IMG/VR virus record: IMGVR_UViG_3300021963_000029
Span: 32,001 to 96,000 of that record
Source: a virus
Direction: 5' to 3' (one strand)
Length of the DNA stretch: 64,000 bases
Below the pieces are notes generated by a model. It did not search any database, had not been told where the DNA came from, and worked only from the letters and a program-made list of their open reading frames with translations. The position numbers and the translations under genes are program-made. This document shows positions 47,315 to 55,116 of this stretch, piece after piece; the first letter of the stretch is position 1; each line of letters begins with the position of its first letter.

Positions 47315-47462
47315 GTTTGTATGACTCCAATTCTATCCAATTAAGAAGAGTTTGAAAGGAGTTAATTGCTGCTTGATTGCAATTATCTTTCTTAAGTCCT
47401 TCAATGTAATACTCAAGTGCTTCAATCACCATTTGGCGATCTTGCTTAGAAATCAAAGACAT
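47304..47462 (-). CDS. Hypothetical protein (52 aa) inside the tRNA cluster
   Basis: MSLISKQDRQMVIEALEYY...LLNWIELE. Confidence 0.6.
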   Translation of the reverse strand: MSLISKQDRQMVIEALEYYIEGLKKDNCNQAAINSFQTLLNWIELESYKHGD

Positions 47463-47500
47463 GATAATAACTTAATAGTTTGGAGATATTTATTCTCCAA

Positions 47501-47575
47501 TCCAAGATGTAGGATTTGAACCTACGACCCCTGCTTCCCAAAAGCAGTGCTCTATCCAAACTGAGCTAATCCTGG
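47501..47575 (-). tRNA. trnP: tRNA-Pro(UGG)
   Basis: CCAGGAT/ATCTTGG; CTGCT-TTTGGGA-AGCAG. Confidence 0.92.
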
Positions 47576-47650
47576 TGGTGGGAAATACAAGATTCGAACT
47601 TGTGACTGTCTCGGTGTAAACGAGAAACTCTACCACTGAGTTAATTTCCC
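47576..47650 (-). tRNA. trnV: tRNA-Val(UAC) with encoded CCA
   Basis: GGGAAAT/ATTTCCC-A-CCA; TCTCG-TTTACAC-CGAGA; abuts tRNA-Pro with no spacer. Confidence 0.93.
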
Positions 47651-47751
47651 AGGAGGGTGACAATGCCACCCTGTTACACTGTAAAGTATGAATCAGTACA
47701 GTGCCTTTTGCTACCGGCATTCTGGTTTATCTTTCCAGCGCAAAGTAGCAA

Positions 47752-47837
47752 AGGAAGGTCAGGGATTCGAACCCTGGGAGGCTACTAACCTCAATAGTTT
47801 TCAAGACTATCACCATAAACCACTCGGTCAACCTTCC
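47752..47837 (-). tRNA. trnS: tRNA-Ser(UGA)
   Basis: GGAAGGT/ACCTTCC; ATAGT-CTTGAAA-ACTAT; long variable arm GAGG-TTAGTAG-CCTC. Confidence 0.92.
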
Positions 47838-47840
47838 AAT

Positions 47841-47869
47841 TATAAAGGGGATCTCTCCCCTTATTTATC
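47841..47869 (-). terminator. Hairpin terminator with a GATAAATA late promoter abutting its 5' arm
   Basis: GATAAATA-AGGGGA-GAGA-TCCCCT-TTATAA directly upstream of tRNA-Ser. Confidence 0.65.
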
Positions 47870-48098
47870 ACATCTCAACAGGAACAAGAACCTCATTCTT
47901 CTTGAGTTTAGCAATCAGTTTGCCTACACTTTCAGCAGTGCGAACTTGTTCCTCAACACTCACAGGATCTTTACAAGCAAAGACATAAGACTTATCAGGA
48001 TTGCTGTGATAAGTCACACCAACTTGCATTTCATCATAGTCAAAAGAAACTTGAGAAATAGCAGAAGATTCAACAGCAAGAATAGCAGTGACAGACAT
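47868..48098 (-). CDS. KTSC-like domain protein
   Basis: ESSAISQVSFDY...V.V.YHSN..KSY.F...AESVGKLI matches the KTSC pattern. Confidence 0.6.
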   Translation of the reverse strand: MSVTAILAVESSAISQVSFDYDEMQVGVTYHSNPDKSYVFACKDPVSVEEQVRTAESVGKLIAKLKKNEVLVPVEM

Positions 48099-48122
48099 GT
48101 GCTTTTGATTGATTACTTTGTA

Positions 48123-48181
48123 ATGATAACAGGTTTGGAGGGAAAAGTCAAGAGGTTTGTGCCACTTACAGAAGTGTCACA
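48123..48181 (-). promoter_or_regulatory. Early promoter cassette (box, TTGACT-17-TATCAT)
   Basis: Box 48158-48181, -35 48146-48151, -10 48123-48128. Confidence 0.85.
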
Positions 48182-48354
48182 CCACTCCACTCATTTTTAT
48201 ACACTAAAAGAACAGCATTACTATTTTCTGGATTAAATGTGAAATACTGTTCTGTAATACACACAATAGTTCCTACCATATTCTTGTAAGAAACTGACAT
48301 TTTTTCTTTAAATTTTGGGAGTGTCATCACATTTTCCTTCAAGAGATTTAACAA
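48166..48354 (-). CDS. Hypothetical protein
   Basis: ORF track; start probably MTLPKF. Confidence 0.55.
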   Translation of the reverse strand: MLNLLKENVMTLPKFKEKMSVSYKNMVGTIVCITEQYFTFNPENSNAVLLVYKNEWSGVTLL

Positions 48355-48487
48355 GCAATGCAGTGAATAGTTCCATTTTATCAGGATGTACAGTTGCTGG
48401 ATTATTGTTTATTGCATTTTTGAGTGCAACAAGTTCATTCCATTCATCATTAGAGAGGTCTGATTGTGTAGAACGTGAAAGAGTCAT
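48308..48487 (-). CDS. Conserved hypothetical protein (59 aa)
   Basis: MTLSRSTQSDLSNDEWNELVALKNAINNNPATVHPDKMELFTALLVKSL... Confidence 0.6.
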   Translation of the reverse strand: MTLSRSTQSDLSNDEWNELVALKNAINNNPATVHPDKMELFTALLVKSLEGKCDDTPKI

Positions 48488-48571
48488 AGTTTGCTTGATT
48501 TGTGATCATATCCTAACATACTATCTAGGATTTGACTGGTTTCTTAAGGTTATCTTTGGGATTGCTTTACA

Positions 48572-48928
48572 CTAGGTAATAAAGTTATCTAAGGCATCAA
48601 GATCATCTTTGAGTTCTTGTTCCTTTTTCTTATCATGATAATGAGACCACAAAGCATTGTGAACATCCATCAGATAATCTACCCAAAACCCAGCAGGATA
48701 GATTCCAAGTGCATCCATCAGACCACGATGTGAAGTTCCTTCCATTTCTGCTTTACACATAATGTAAGTAATTGCTTCTATCATATCAAGTTTATCTTCC
48801 TCAGATAACATATGATACTTTCCTACTGCACGTTGCCTGGATTCTTCTAATCCTTTCTGCATTTCTTTGTAGGAATCAGATTCCCACCATTCTTGTAATG
48901 ATTTACCCAAATGGTCCCCACTTGCCAC
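48572..48928 (-). CDS. Hypothetical protein
   Basis: ORF track. Confidence 0.65.
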   Translation of the reverse strand: MASGDHLGKSLQEWWESDSYKEMQKGLEESRQRAVGKYHMLSEEDKLDMIEAITYIMCKAEMEGTSHRGLMDALGIYPAGFWVDYLMDVHNALWSHYHDKKKEQELKDDLDALDNFIT

Positions 48929-49127
48929 GATCTCCCTCCTTTCTGTTTTCTAGTTTATCTAGCAATTCATCAGTGCTAATAACACTATCAATTCTTTGGA
49001 TTAAGTCTGCAATCACTGACACAACCATAGGACGTTCAGTTCTAGAAGCATAAGCAAGTGCATTTCTTAGATTACTTTCTGCCTCTCTAAGTGACTCTTC
49101 AACTTGTTGTCCCAATGCCATCTTCAT
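48903..49127 (-). CDS. Conserved hypothetical protein
   Basis: VEESL.EA..NLRNALAYA.R.E.P.V...IA. Confidence 0.65.
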   Translation of the reverse strand: MKMALGQQVEESLREAESNLRNALAYASRTERPMVVSVIADLIQRIDSVISTDELLDKLENRKEGDRGKWGPFG

Positions 49128-49271
49128 CCTCCATTAACATACAATCAATACATGACTTGAGTTCTAACATATCCTCATAGGATAATCCTTCTAATGATAC
49201 CACATGTTGGTCAGTAAATGCAATGTTCAAATTGTACACTTCACCATCATATGTTCCACTTGTTTGTACTT

Positions 49272-49787
49272 TTAGCATTGATCCATCTCAAGAGTTTCGT
49301 TTACTTTTTTAAGGGTATATGATCCATCTCCATTATCAATCCACTCAAGAACATCACCCTCTTTCCATCCAGTTTTTGCCATCAATTCATCTGGAAATGT
49401 GACTACACAATCATCACCATCTTCTTCTACAGGAAGAACCCAACTTTTCTTTTCTGCTGCATCACACATAGCATCAAGTTCTTCATCAGTATACTTCAGT
49501 GCTTCCATGTCACTGTGTCCCCAAGGTGGCATACAATCATCAATTTTCTTTTGAATTTCTTGTTTTTCTTTGACTACAGTTTCCTGCCAGGCAAGTTTGA
49601 ACTTATCATCAAACTCTGCAAGATAATACTGAAGAAATTCATCCACAGCATATATCAATTGTTCAACTTTATCATACTGATGTTCTTGAAGTCTATCTAT
49701 TGCACAATCAAGAATCTCACGTGCAGAACAAATCTTAGATGTTACTACATCAAGATCATTCATCACTGTCCACATTTTGCTAGGCAT
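49272..49787 (-). CDS. Protein with a C-terminal AbrB/MazE-like (swapped-hairpin) DNA-binding domain
   Basis: WVLPVEEDGDDCVVTFPDELMAKTGWKEGDVLEWIDNGDGSYTLKK. Confidence 0.65.
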   Translation of the reverse strand: MPSKMWTVMNDLDVVTSKICSAREILDCAIDRLQEHQYDKVEQLIYAVDEFLQYYLAEFDDKFKLAWQETVVKEKQEIQKKIDDCMPPWGHSDMEALKYTDEELDAMCDAAEKKSWVLPVEEDGDDCVVTFPDELMAKTGWKEGDVLEWIDNGDGSYTLKKVNETLEMDQC

Positions 49788-49971
49788 CTTGTTCGTTCAA
49801 GTAAAGTTTGACTTGTTCCATGATCATAGCACGAACTTCCTCAGATGTCATGTCATTGAGGACACTCCATCTACTGTCACAAGGATCCCACTCTAGGGTA
49901 AATGTTCCATCATCATTCTCAATTACTTTGAGACCATCATCAGTCTCTGGGTTTTGGTTTGTTACACTCAT
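49780..49971 (-). CDS. Hypothetical protein
   Basis: ORF track. Confidence 0.6.
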   Translation of the reverse strand: MSVTNQNPETDDGLKVIENDDGTFTLEWDPCDSRWSVLNDMTSEEVRAMIMEQVKLYLNEQDA

Positions 49972-50086
49972 TGCAATAATAAGAAAATCCTGATCTAAAG
50001 TATTTTACTATTTGATAATGTTCTTTATCAAGTGGTTTTTCTTCACCACATTTACTGCACGTCCTTCTTGTATTGTTTTCTAACAT
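49940..50086 (-). CDS. Small CxxC...CxxC zinc-binding protein
   Basis: RTCSKCGEEKPL...YYCNECNK; start reassigned to MLENN. Confidence 0.6.
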   Translation of the reverse strand: MLENNTRRTCSKCGEEKPLDKEHYQIVKYFRSGFSYYCNECNKPKPRD

Positions 50087-50231
50087 GCTTAAGTTCTTTG
50101 AGTTCCATTTTAATGTTTTTGTAAGCAGTGTCAGCATCTAGTTTCCCTCCCATTTCAAGTGCAATAATGATGTCAACTCTGGTGCCAAAGTGTGCTAATG
50201 CCTTTTCAAATGTGTCTAATTCTTCATACAT
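50052..50231 (-). CDS. Conserved cyanophage hypothetical protein
   Basis: MYEELDTFEKALAHFGTRVDIIIALEMGGK...AYK.IK.ELKELK. Confidence 0.65.
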   Translation of the reverse strand: MYEELDTFEKALAHFGTRVDIIIALEMGGKLDADTAYKNIKMELKELKHVRKQYKKDVQ

Positions 50232-50499
50232 CAAACTGTTCCTTCCATGGATTATTTGCAACTATATCTATGCGTCTGTCCACTGCTTCAATAGAATTAG
50301 AAAGTTCATAAAGTAGATTTGTTGTCTCTATGTTCTCCTCTTCTAGTTTCTTAATTCTATCCTCAAGTGTTCCCACATGTCTGGTCAGTTCTGCACACAA
50401 ACCAGCAAGAGAATACTGATCACCAGTCACTTGATCAATAGCATAATCCTTAGGAGTTTCATACTGAGATAACATTCTTTTAATCCAAATAAGCATCAC
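50224..50499 (-). CDS. Coiled-coil hypothetical protein
   Basis: LEDRIKKLEEENIETTNLLYELSN.IEAVDRRIDI. Confidence 0.6.
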   Translation of the reverse strand: MMLIWIKRMLSQYETPKDYAIDQVTGDQYSLAGLCAELTRHVGTLEDRIKKLEEENIETTNLLYELSNSIEAVDRRIDIVANNPWKEQFDV

Positions 50500-50825
50500 A
50501 AAACTCCAACTTCTTTTAAATAATTTCTATATCTCATATATCTATTCCAATTTGGTTGCCCAGGTACATCTAATTGATAACAGATCTCACAATAACACAA
50601 CCATTCATACCATGGAGTAGTAGGATCTAGCACATGATAGTTCATTCAAATGCTCCTGTTTTATTATACACCAGTGGCACAGTTGGTTGTGCCTCATGTA
50701 TTTCTACATACACTTTTGTTTCATCATTCCAGTGCCTTATGACCCCTGCACAAATAAAAAGATTAGTAATGAGATAAGTGAAGAATATAAAAGTACGTAT
50801 ACCAGCAATGTTGTCTGATTCTCTG

Positions 50826-51032
50826 TCATCTTTGCTTGCTTTTTCTCCTAGTGCTTTTGCCCACAATCTCCACACCGTTAGTCTTGACTTCATAATCCTT
50901 TGTTGTAAGTTTAGATCTGCTAATGTATTTCTCAAAATGTTCTACGCATTGAAACCAACAAGTCTTTTTATCTTTACCATCTTTGTGGATTAACTTGATG
51001 GGAAAACTTTCATAGGGAAAATCTTCACTCAT
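50826..51032 (-). CDS. Conserved hypothetical protein
   Basis: FP..L..KDGKDKKTCWFQC.EH..KYI.R. Confidence 0.6.
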   Translation of the reverse strand: MSEDFPYESFPIKLIHKDGKDKKTCWFQCVEHFEKYISRSKLTTKDYEVKTNGVEIVGKSTRRKSKQR

Positions 51033-51201
51033 CGCTCTTGTTCTCTATGTTGGGTATAATACCTATCAAATACAGCACTTATAATTTCCTCTGCTATTTT
51101 ATGATCCTTTCCATTAAAAGGCAACCCATGCACTTGATAATACTTCATTGCATGGTAGATCATTCTATATTGTTCAGTTGTAAATTTTACTGGGTCTTGA
51201 T

Positions 51202-51453
51202 TCATTTTTCAAATACTGGACGAGTGTTATTACAATACAGGAAATATTTGTATTCTGCAAGTGGTCCATAATGCCATTGCAAAACATCACAACCTTTGTA
51301 AGTGTCTACCACAGTAAAATTGCTACTTGGTTTTTGTAGTTCTTTTTTTTCTTGTTCACTTAATGGGGAAAATACTATGTAAAACAAGGTGAGGAAAGAC
51401 ATCCCAACAACAGCACCAAGAAGAACTGCTCTAGCATAATCAATTTTACTCAT
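51202..51453 (-). CDS. Membrane-anchored hypothetical protein
   Basis: N-terminal transmembrane segment; F.VVDTYKGCDV.Q. Confidence 0.6.
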   Translation of the reverse strand: MSKIDYARAVLLGAVVGMSFLTLFYIVFSPLSEQEKKELQKPSSNFTVVDTYKGCDVLQWHYGPLAEYKYFLYCNNTRPVFEK

Positions 51454-51632
51454 ACTGTCTCATCAGAATAGTTTACCCAAAGATTATCCCCACCAATGTT
51501 TAAGTGAAATATTTGTCCATTATTGAGATAGATTCCCAACCACACTGCTCTACCCTGTTCCATTACTTCATAATGAACCATCTTCACATCCCAGTGCACA
51601 ATTTCATCTGGGTTCTTTACAAATTTGCTCAT
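51450..51632 (-). CDS. Conserved hypothetical protein
   Basis: NPDEIV..DVKMVHYEVME.GRAVWLGIY. Confidence 0.6.
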   Translation of the reverse strand: MSKFVKNPDEIVHWDVKMVHYEVMEQGRAVWLGIYLNNGQIFHLNIGGDNLWVNYSDETV

Positions 51633-51677
51633 TTTAGTTGTTTTCCTGATAAATGGATTTTATTGGGAATCGTGATA

Positions 51678-52139
51678 TTATGCAAGACTTCTTAACACTT
51701 TACGAAGAAACTGAATAGAACCATAAAACTCTTGACCATCTTGACCACCAATCACAATCCAATCAATCTCTTCTAATGCTAACTGAATCTTTTGTTCTCT
51801 GGTAAGATCTTCAAAATCTTTCTCTGCAAATTCTTTCCTTTCAATAGCAGCAAGATGTTGGAATGCTTCTTTGTTTTCCTCTATAATGTTCTTGGCAATA
51901 TCTAGAACTTTCTGTTCTTTAGCAGCATCTAATACTTTCTGATAATCTTCTTCAGAAACTTGTGCTACAATTGCTTCTCGTTTTGCTGCTTCTTCAAGCA
52001 TTTCTTCATGTGTCATGAGTTGTCTGATCCTTTCTTTACCGTATTTCGTGAGTTCTTGTTTCTTGCTGCGAAGTTCTTGGACTTCTTCATCAGACAATCC
52101 AAGAACCCATGGCACGTCATTGTTCATCATCTTCCTCAT
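51678..52139 (-). CDS. Hypothetical protein
   Basis: ORF track; helical and charged. Confidence 0.6.
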   Translation of the reverse strand: MRKMMNNDVPWVLGLSDEEVQELRSKKQELTKYGKERIRQLMTHEEMLEEAAKREAIVAQVSEEDYQKVLDAAKEQKVLDIAKNIIEENKEAFQHLAAIERKEFAEKDFEDLTREQKIQLALEEIDWIVIGGQDGQEFYGSIQFLRKVLRSLA

Positions 52140-52518
52140 CAGTCAGTACAGTTCCCATGACACCTTTTTTGATACGCTGCCAATCTTCTTCTGCTTTTTG
52201 CCAATCCTTAAACTTATCTTTCAAATCCTCTGCCAATGTAAGTTCAAACTCTTCAGCAACTTTACGCATATCTTCTTGTCTTCTCTCTTCACCAAATGCT
52301 ACACCACAAGCACCTTTCATGATGTTAATGTCATCATGTCCCATTGCACGAGCAACAGTTGCAAAGAATCTGAACAGTTGATAAACATTAATGTCTTCAG
52401 CAGGAATCTGAAAAGTATAATGCTCCTCAGGAAGCACTGTGTCATCAAAACCACTGCTATAATGGGTAGAAGTCCACTCAGTGTCAAACTGAACCTTGAG
52501 AGTTGCTTTGTAAGTCAT
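52117..52518 (-). CDS. Conserved hypothetical protein
   Basis: MTYKA.LKVQFDTEWT...PEEHYTF.IPAED.N..QLFRFF. Confidence 0.65.
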   Translation of the reverse strand: MTYKATLKVQFDTEWTSTHYSSGFDDTVLPEEHYTFQIPAEDINVYQLFRFFATVARAMGHDDINIMKGACGVAFGEERRQEDMRKVAEEFELTLAEDLKDKFKDWQKAEEDWQRIKKGVMGTVLTDEEDDEQ

Positions 52519-52542
52519 GAAGAGGGTTGATCAATATACTGT

Positions 52543-52601
52543 ATTATACACCATCAGAATCCTTTTGGGACAGTTCCTGTGACAGTTCCTTAACTGTCCT
52601 C
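52543..52601 (-). promoter_or_regulatory. Box plus -10 (TATAAT) promoter lacking a -35, embedded in the 3' end of the upstream ORF
   Basis: Box TGTGACA-N10-TGTCCTC 52578-52601, 29 bp from the -10 at 52543-52548. Confidence 0.65.
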
Positions 52602-52801
52602 ATATACTTTCTCATCATCCACCATCTACCTATAGGAGAAGAGAGGATGACTGGATGAAATCTAATCATCCAGAACATCCTCTCTATGTTTAACTTTGCA
52701 CTTTTAGATAAAAGAACAATATATGCTGACACATTTGAATCTATTATCATCATTGTCACAATGACAACAAATACTGTAAACAATGTATAATAATAGATCA
52801 T
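52544..52801 (-). CDS. Membrane-anchored hypothetical protein
   Basis: Hydrophobic N-terminus. Confidence 0.6.
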   Translation of the reverse strand: MIYYYTLFTVFVVIVTMMIIDSNVSAYIVLLSKSAKLNIERMFWMIRFHPVILSSPIGRWWMMRKYMRTVKELSQELSQKDSDGV

Positions 52802-52942
52802 GGCGTTTTCCTTAGAAAATTTAAGTAATCCAACAATTGCCTCTTAACTATATCTAATTCTTCCTCACATCCTTCTTTCTTTGCTCTACACCTAATTTCA
52901 TGATGAGCAGTATGAAGATCTTCTATCATAAGATCTATTGCT

Positions 52943-53122
52943 TTACTTTTTCCTGGGTTCATCTTTCTTGATAGTTACTGGACAAGTTGGAACCAATGAA
53001 CGAAGTTCTGCAATTATTTCTGACTTTTGCTTTGGCGTTAGGTCAACCATAGATGCAACTCTATTGATTAACCCAACTGCTTGTGAGCAACTGATAATTG
53101 TAGAAAACATTAGAGGAACCAT
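52943..53122 (-). CDS. Hypothetical protein (59 aa)
   Basis: MVPLMFSTIISCSQAVGLINRV...EIIAELRSLVPTCPVTIKK. Confidence 0.55.
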   Translation of the reverse strand: MVPLMFSTIISCSQAVGLINRVASMVDLTPKQKSEIIAELRSLVPTCPVTIKKDEPRKK

Positions 53123-53148
53123 ACACCCTCCAAATGATACACTATCTA

Positions 53149-54177
53149 TCAGATTTTAATCCAGCGTTCATTCTCCAGTGTCCATTTTGTAACATCTGCA
53201 ATTCTTTCCCTTACAGATTTCTTAGGTTCCCATCCCATAACTCTCATTTTATCACCATCAAGTGCATACCTAAGATCATGCCCAGGTCTAGAAGAATGGA
53301 AATCAATTAACTCATAAATCAATACTTGATTTTGAGCATCTGCAATAATTTGTGCCAGTTCAAGATTGTTAAGCTCTTCGGATCCTACAATGTTAAACTT
53401 AGGACACTTTGCACCAGTCTCATCAGGCAGGAAATCACCCTGATAATTTAGAAGGAACAGGATTGCACTTGCTACATCTTCAGCATGGATGTAGTGCCTG
53501 GAACCAGGAATTGTGCAGGTAGAATCACTGTGAATAGTCACAGTTTCTTTATCCCTAATCTTCTTGATGCACATAGGAATGTACTTCTCTGGATGCTGAC
53601 GCTCTCCAAATACATTCATAGTATGAGTGATGTATATGGGCAGACTGTAGGTATTTTGATATGCTACAGCAAGTTCTTCACCACCTGCTTTAGTTGCACT
53701 ATATGGATTGGTAGAATTGTATCTATCATTCTCTTTATATTTGATTCCATTAGGTGCAGGACCAAATACTTCATCAGTGCTAAAGTAAATGAATCTTTCT
53801 AGGTTGTCTTTTTGAGTTCTTGCAAACTCAAGAATGTTGCAGGTTGCCACAACATTATCCATGACAAATTCCATTGGATATTCAATGCTGCGATCCACAT
53901 GTGATCCAGCAGCAAGGTGTAGAATATACTCTACTGGTCCAATCTCAGATCTAATCAAAGGATTAAGTTCTGCCTTAAGGTCATGAAATACAACCTTAAC
54001 ACGTTTACGTTCTTCAGCAGTGAAGTCAGACAGAATATCATTCAGTCTGTTCAGGTTGCCACTATAATCCAACCTATCTAAGGTTACAAGGTCCCAGTCA
54101 GTTTCCTTGAGAAGATAACCAATAAGGTGGTGCGCAATAAAACCTGCACCACCAGTAATAAGAGCTCTTTTTGTCAT
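53149..54177 (-). CDS. rfbB: NAD-dependent nucleotide-sugar 4,6-dehydratase (RfbB/RmlB-like, extended SDR)
   Basis: ITGGAGFIA, HLAAGSHVDRSI, FSTDEVFG, PYSATKA (YxxxK), RPGHDLRYALD. Confidence 0.9.
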   Translation of the reverse strand: MTKRALITGGAGFIAHHLIGYLLKETDWDLVTLDRLDYSGNLNRLNDILSDFTAEERKRVKVVFHDLKAELNPLIRSEIGPVEYILHLAAGSHVDRSIEYPMEFVMDNVVATCNILEFARTQKDNLERFIYFSTDEVFGPAPNGIKYKENDRYNSTNPYSATKAGGEELAVAYQNTYSLPIYITHTMNVFGERQHPEKYIPMCIKKIRDKETVTIHSDSTCTIPGSRHYIHAEDVASAILFLLNYQGDFLPDETGAKCPKFNIVGSEELNNLELAQIIADAQNQVLIYELIDFHSSRPGHDLRYALDGDKMRVMGWEPKKSVRERIADVTKWTLENERWIKI

Positions 54178-54437
54178 ACGAAATCAAGGTAGTAATCACT
54201 ATTATCTACTAAATCCCATGTTAAGTCAAGTTCTTCCAGATACTGAATTAACTCATTTTCATTGTCTGGAAGAACATCATCTTCCTCCAATGTAAAACAT
54301 GCTTCACACAATGCTGGACCATACTCAGGGGGATCATACAAAGTTTGTCCATATGTTTCTACAGCATCTTCAACAATAGCAGAAACATAGACAGTTTTAT
54401 CTTCAGATTGATGAATTGATTCAATGCTTTGGATCAT
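54174..54437 (-). CDS. Conserved cyanophage hypothetical protein
   Basis: VSAIVEDAV..Y.QTLYDPPEYGPALCEA.F. Confidence 0.7.
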   Translation of the reverse strand: MIQSIESIHQSEDKTVYVSAIVEDAVETYGQTLYDPPEYGPALCEACFTLEEDDVLPDNENELIQYLEELDLTWDLVDNSDYYLDFV

Positions 54438-54595
54438 TTTCTTTTCATTTCTTTTTGAACAAACTTTTTAGCAGTCTCCATAGTATTATGAACAGAGATC
54501 TGCTGTCCATTATATATGGACATGAATTTTTTACCAAATGGGATAATTGCCCATTCTCTGGTTTTGCTCACCCATCCTAACTGATCTTCTTCCAT
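54434..54595 (-). CDS. Conserved hypothetical protein (53 aa)
   Basis: MEEDQLGWVSKTREWAIIPFGKKFMSIYNGQQISVHNTMETAKKFV; ATGA overlap. Confidence 0.6.
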   Translation of the reverse strand: MEEDQLGWVSKTREWAIIPFGKKFMSIYNGQQISVHNTMETAKKFVQKEMKRK

Positions 54596-54610
54596 AGTCA
54601 AGTGCAACAA

Positions 54611-54684
54611 CGTTTCAGGAGGGACTTGAACCCCCGACCAACTGCTTAGAAGGCAGATGCTCTATCCAACTGAGCTACTGAAAC
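54611..54684 (-). tRNA. trnR: tRNA-Arg(UCU), copy 2
   Basis: GTTTCAG/CTGAAAC; CTGC-CTTCTAA-GCAG; GTTCAAG. Confidence 0.92.
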
Positions 54685-54687
54685 ATG

Positions 54688-54760
54688 TAGAGAGTGGTTG
54701 GATTCGAACCAACTACTGTGTAGCATTGTCTGCCTCCCTTGCCCTTTGGGTTCACTCTCT
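54688..54760 (-). ncRNA. tRNA-like element with an aberrant anticodon arm
   Basis: Perfect acceptor AGAGAGT/ACTCTCT, perfect T-arm GTTGG-TTCGAAT-CCAAC, D-arm CCC/GGG, but anticodon arm GGCA-GACAA-TGCT (5-nt loop). Confidence 0.65.
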
Positions 54761-54786
54761 GTGGGGCAACCTTCCACCCCTACATA

Positions 54787-54927
54787 TTACCTTGAATAAT
54801 CATCAAAGTCAACATCAGGATGCAGAAACTCTAAGTAATCTTCGTAATCAACACCAAGATATTCTGCAAACTGACGCAACTCTTCAGTATGTTCTTTGGC
54901 AATAAGATCCTCTATGTTTTGAATCAT
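54787..54927 (-). CDS. Acidic micro-protein (paralog of 43786-43929)
   Basis: MIQNIEDLIAKEHTEELRQFAEYLGVDYEDYLEFL... Confidence 0.6.
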   Translation of the reverse strand: MIQNIEDLIAKEHTEELRQFAEYLGVDYEDYLEFLHPDVDFDDYSR

Positions 54928-55116
54928 ACTACCTCCTCAATATCCATATCTAGAGATCATCTGATCCATTCTATCCTCTCTGTATTCATCTTCCTGTACG
55001 TCTTCTGTCTTATTTTCTTCTAGTTCCTCATAGATGGTATCACCATCTTTTTCTAGAAAAAGGGAAGGCATAGGAGTAATACTTGCGAGGGTTGTTGTAT
55101 ATATGCAGGAAAGGGA

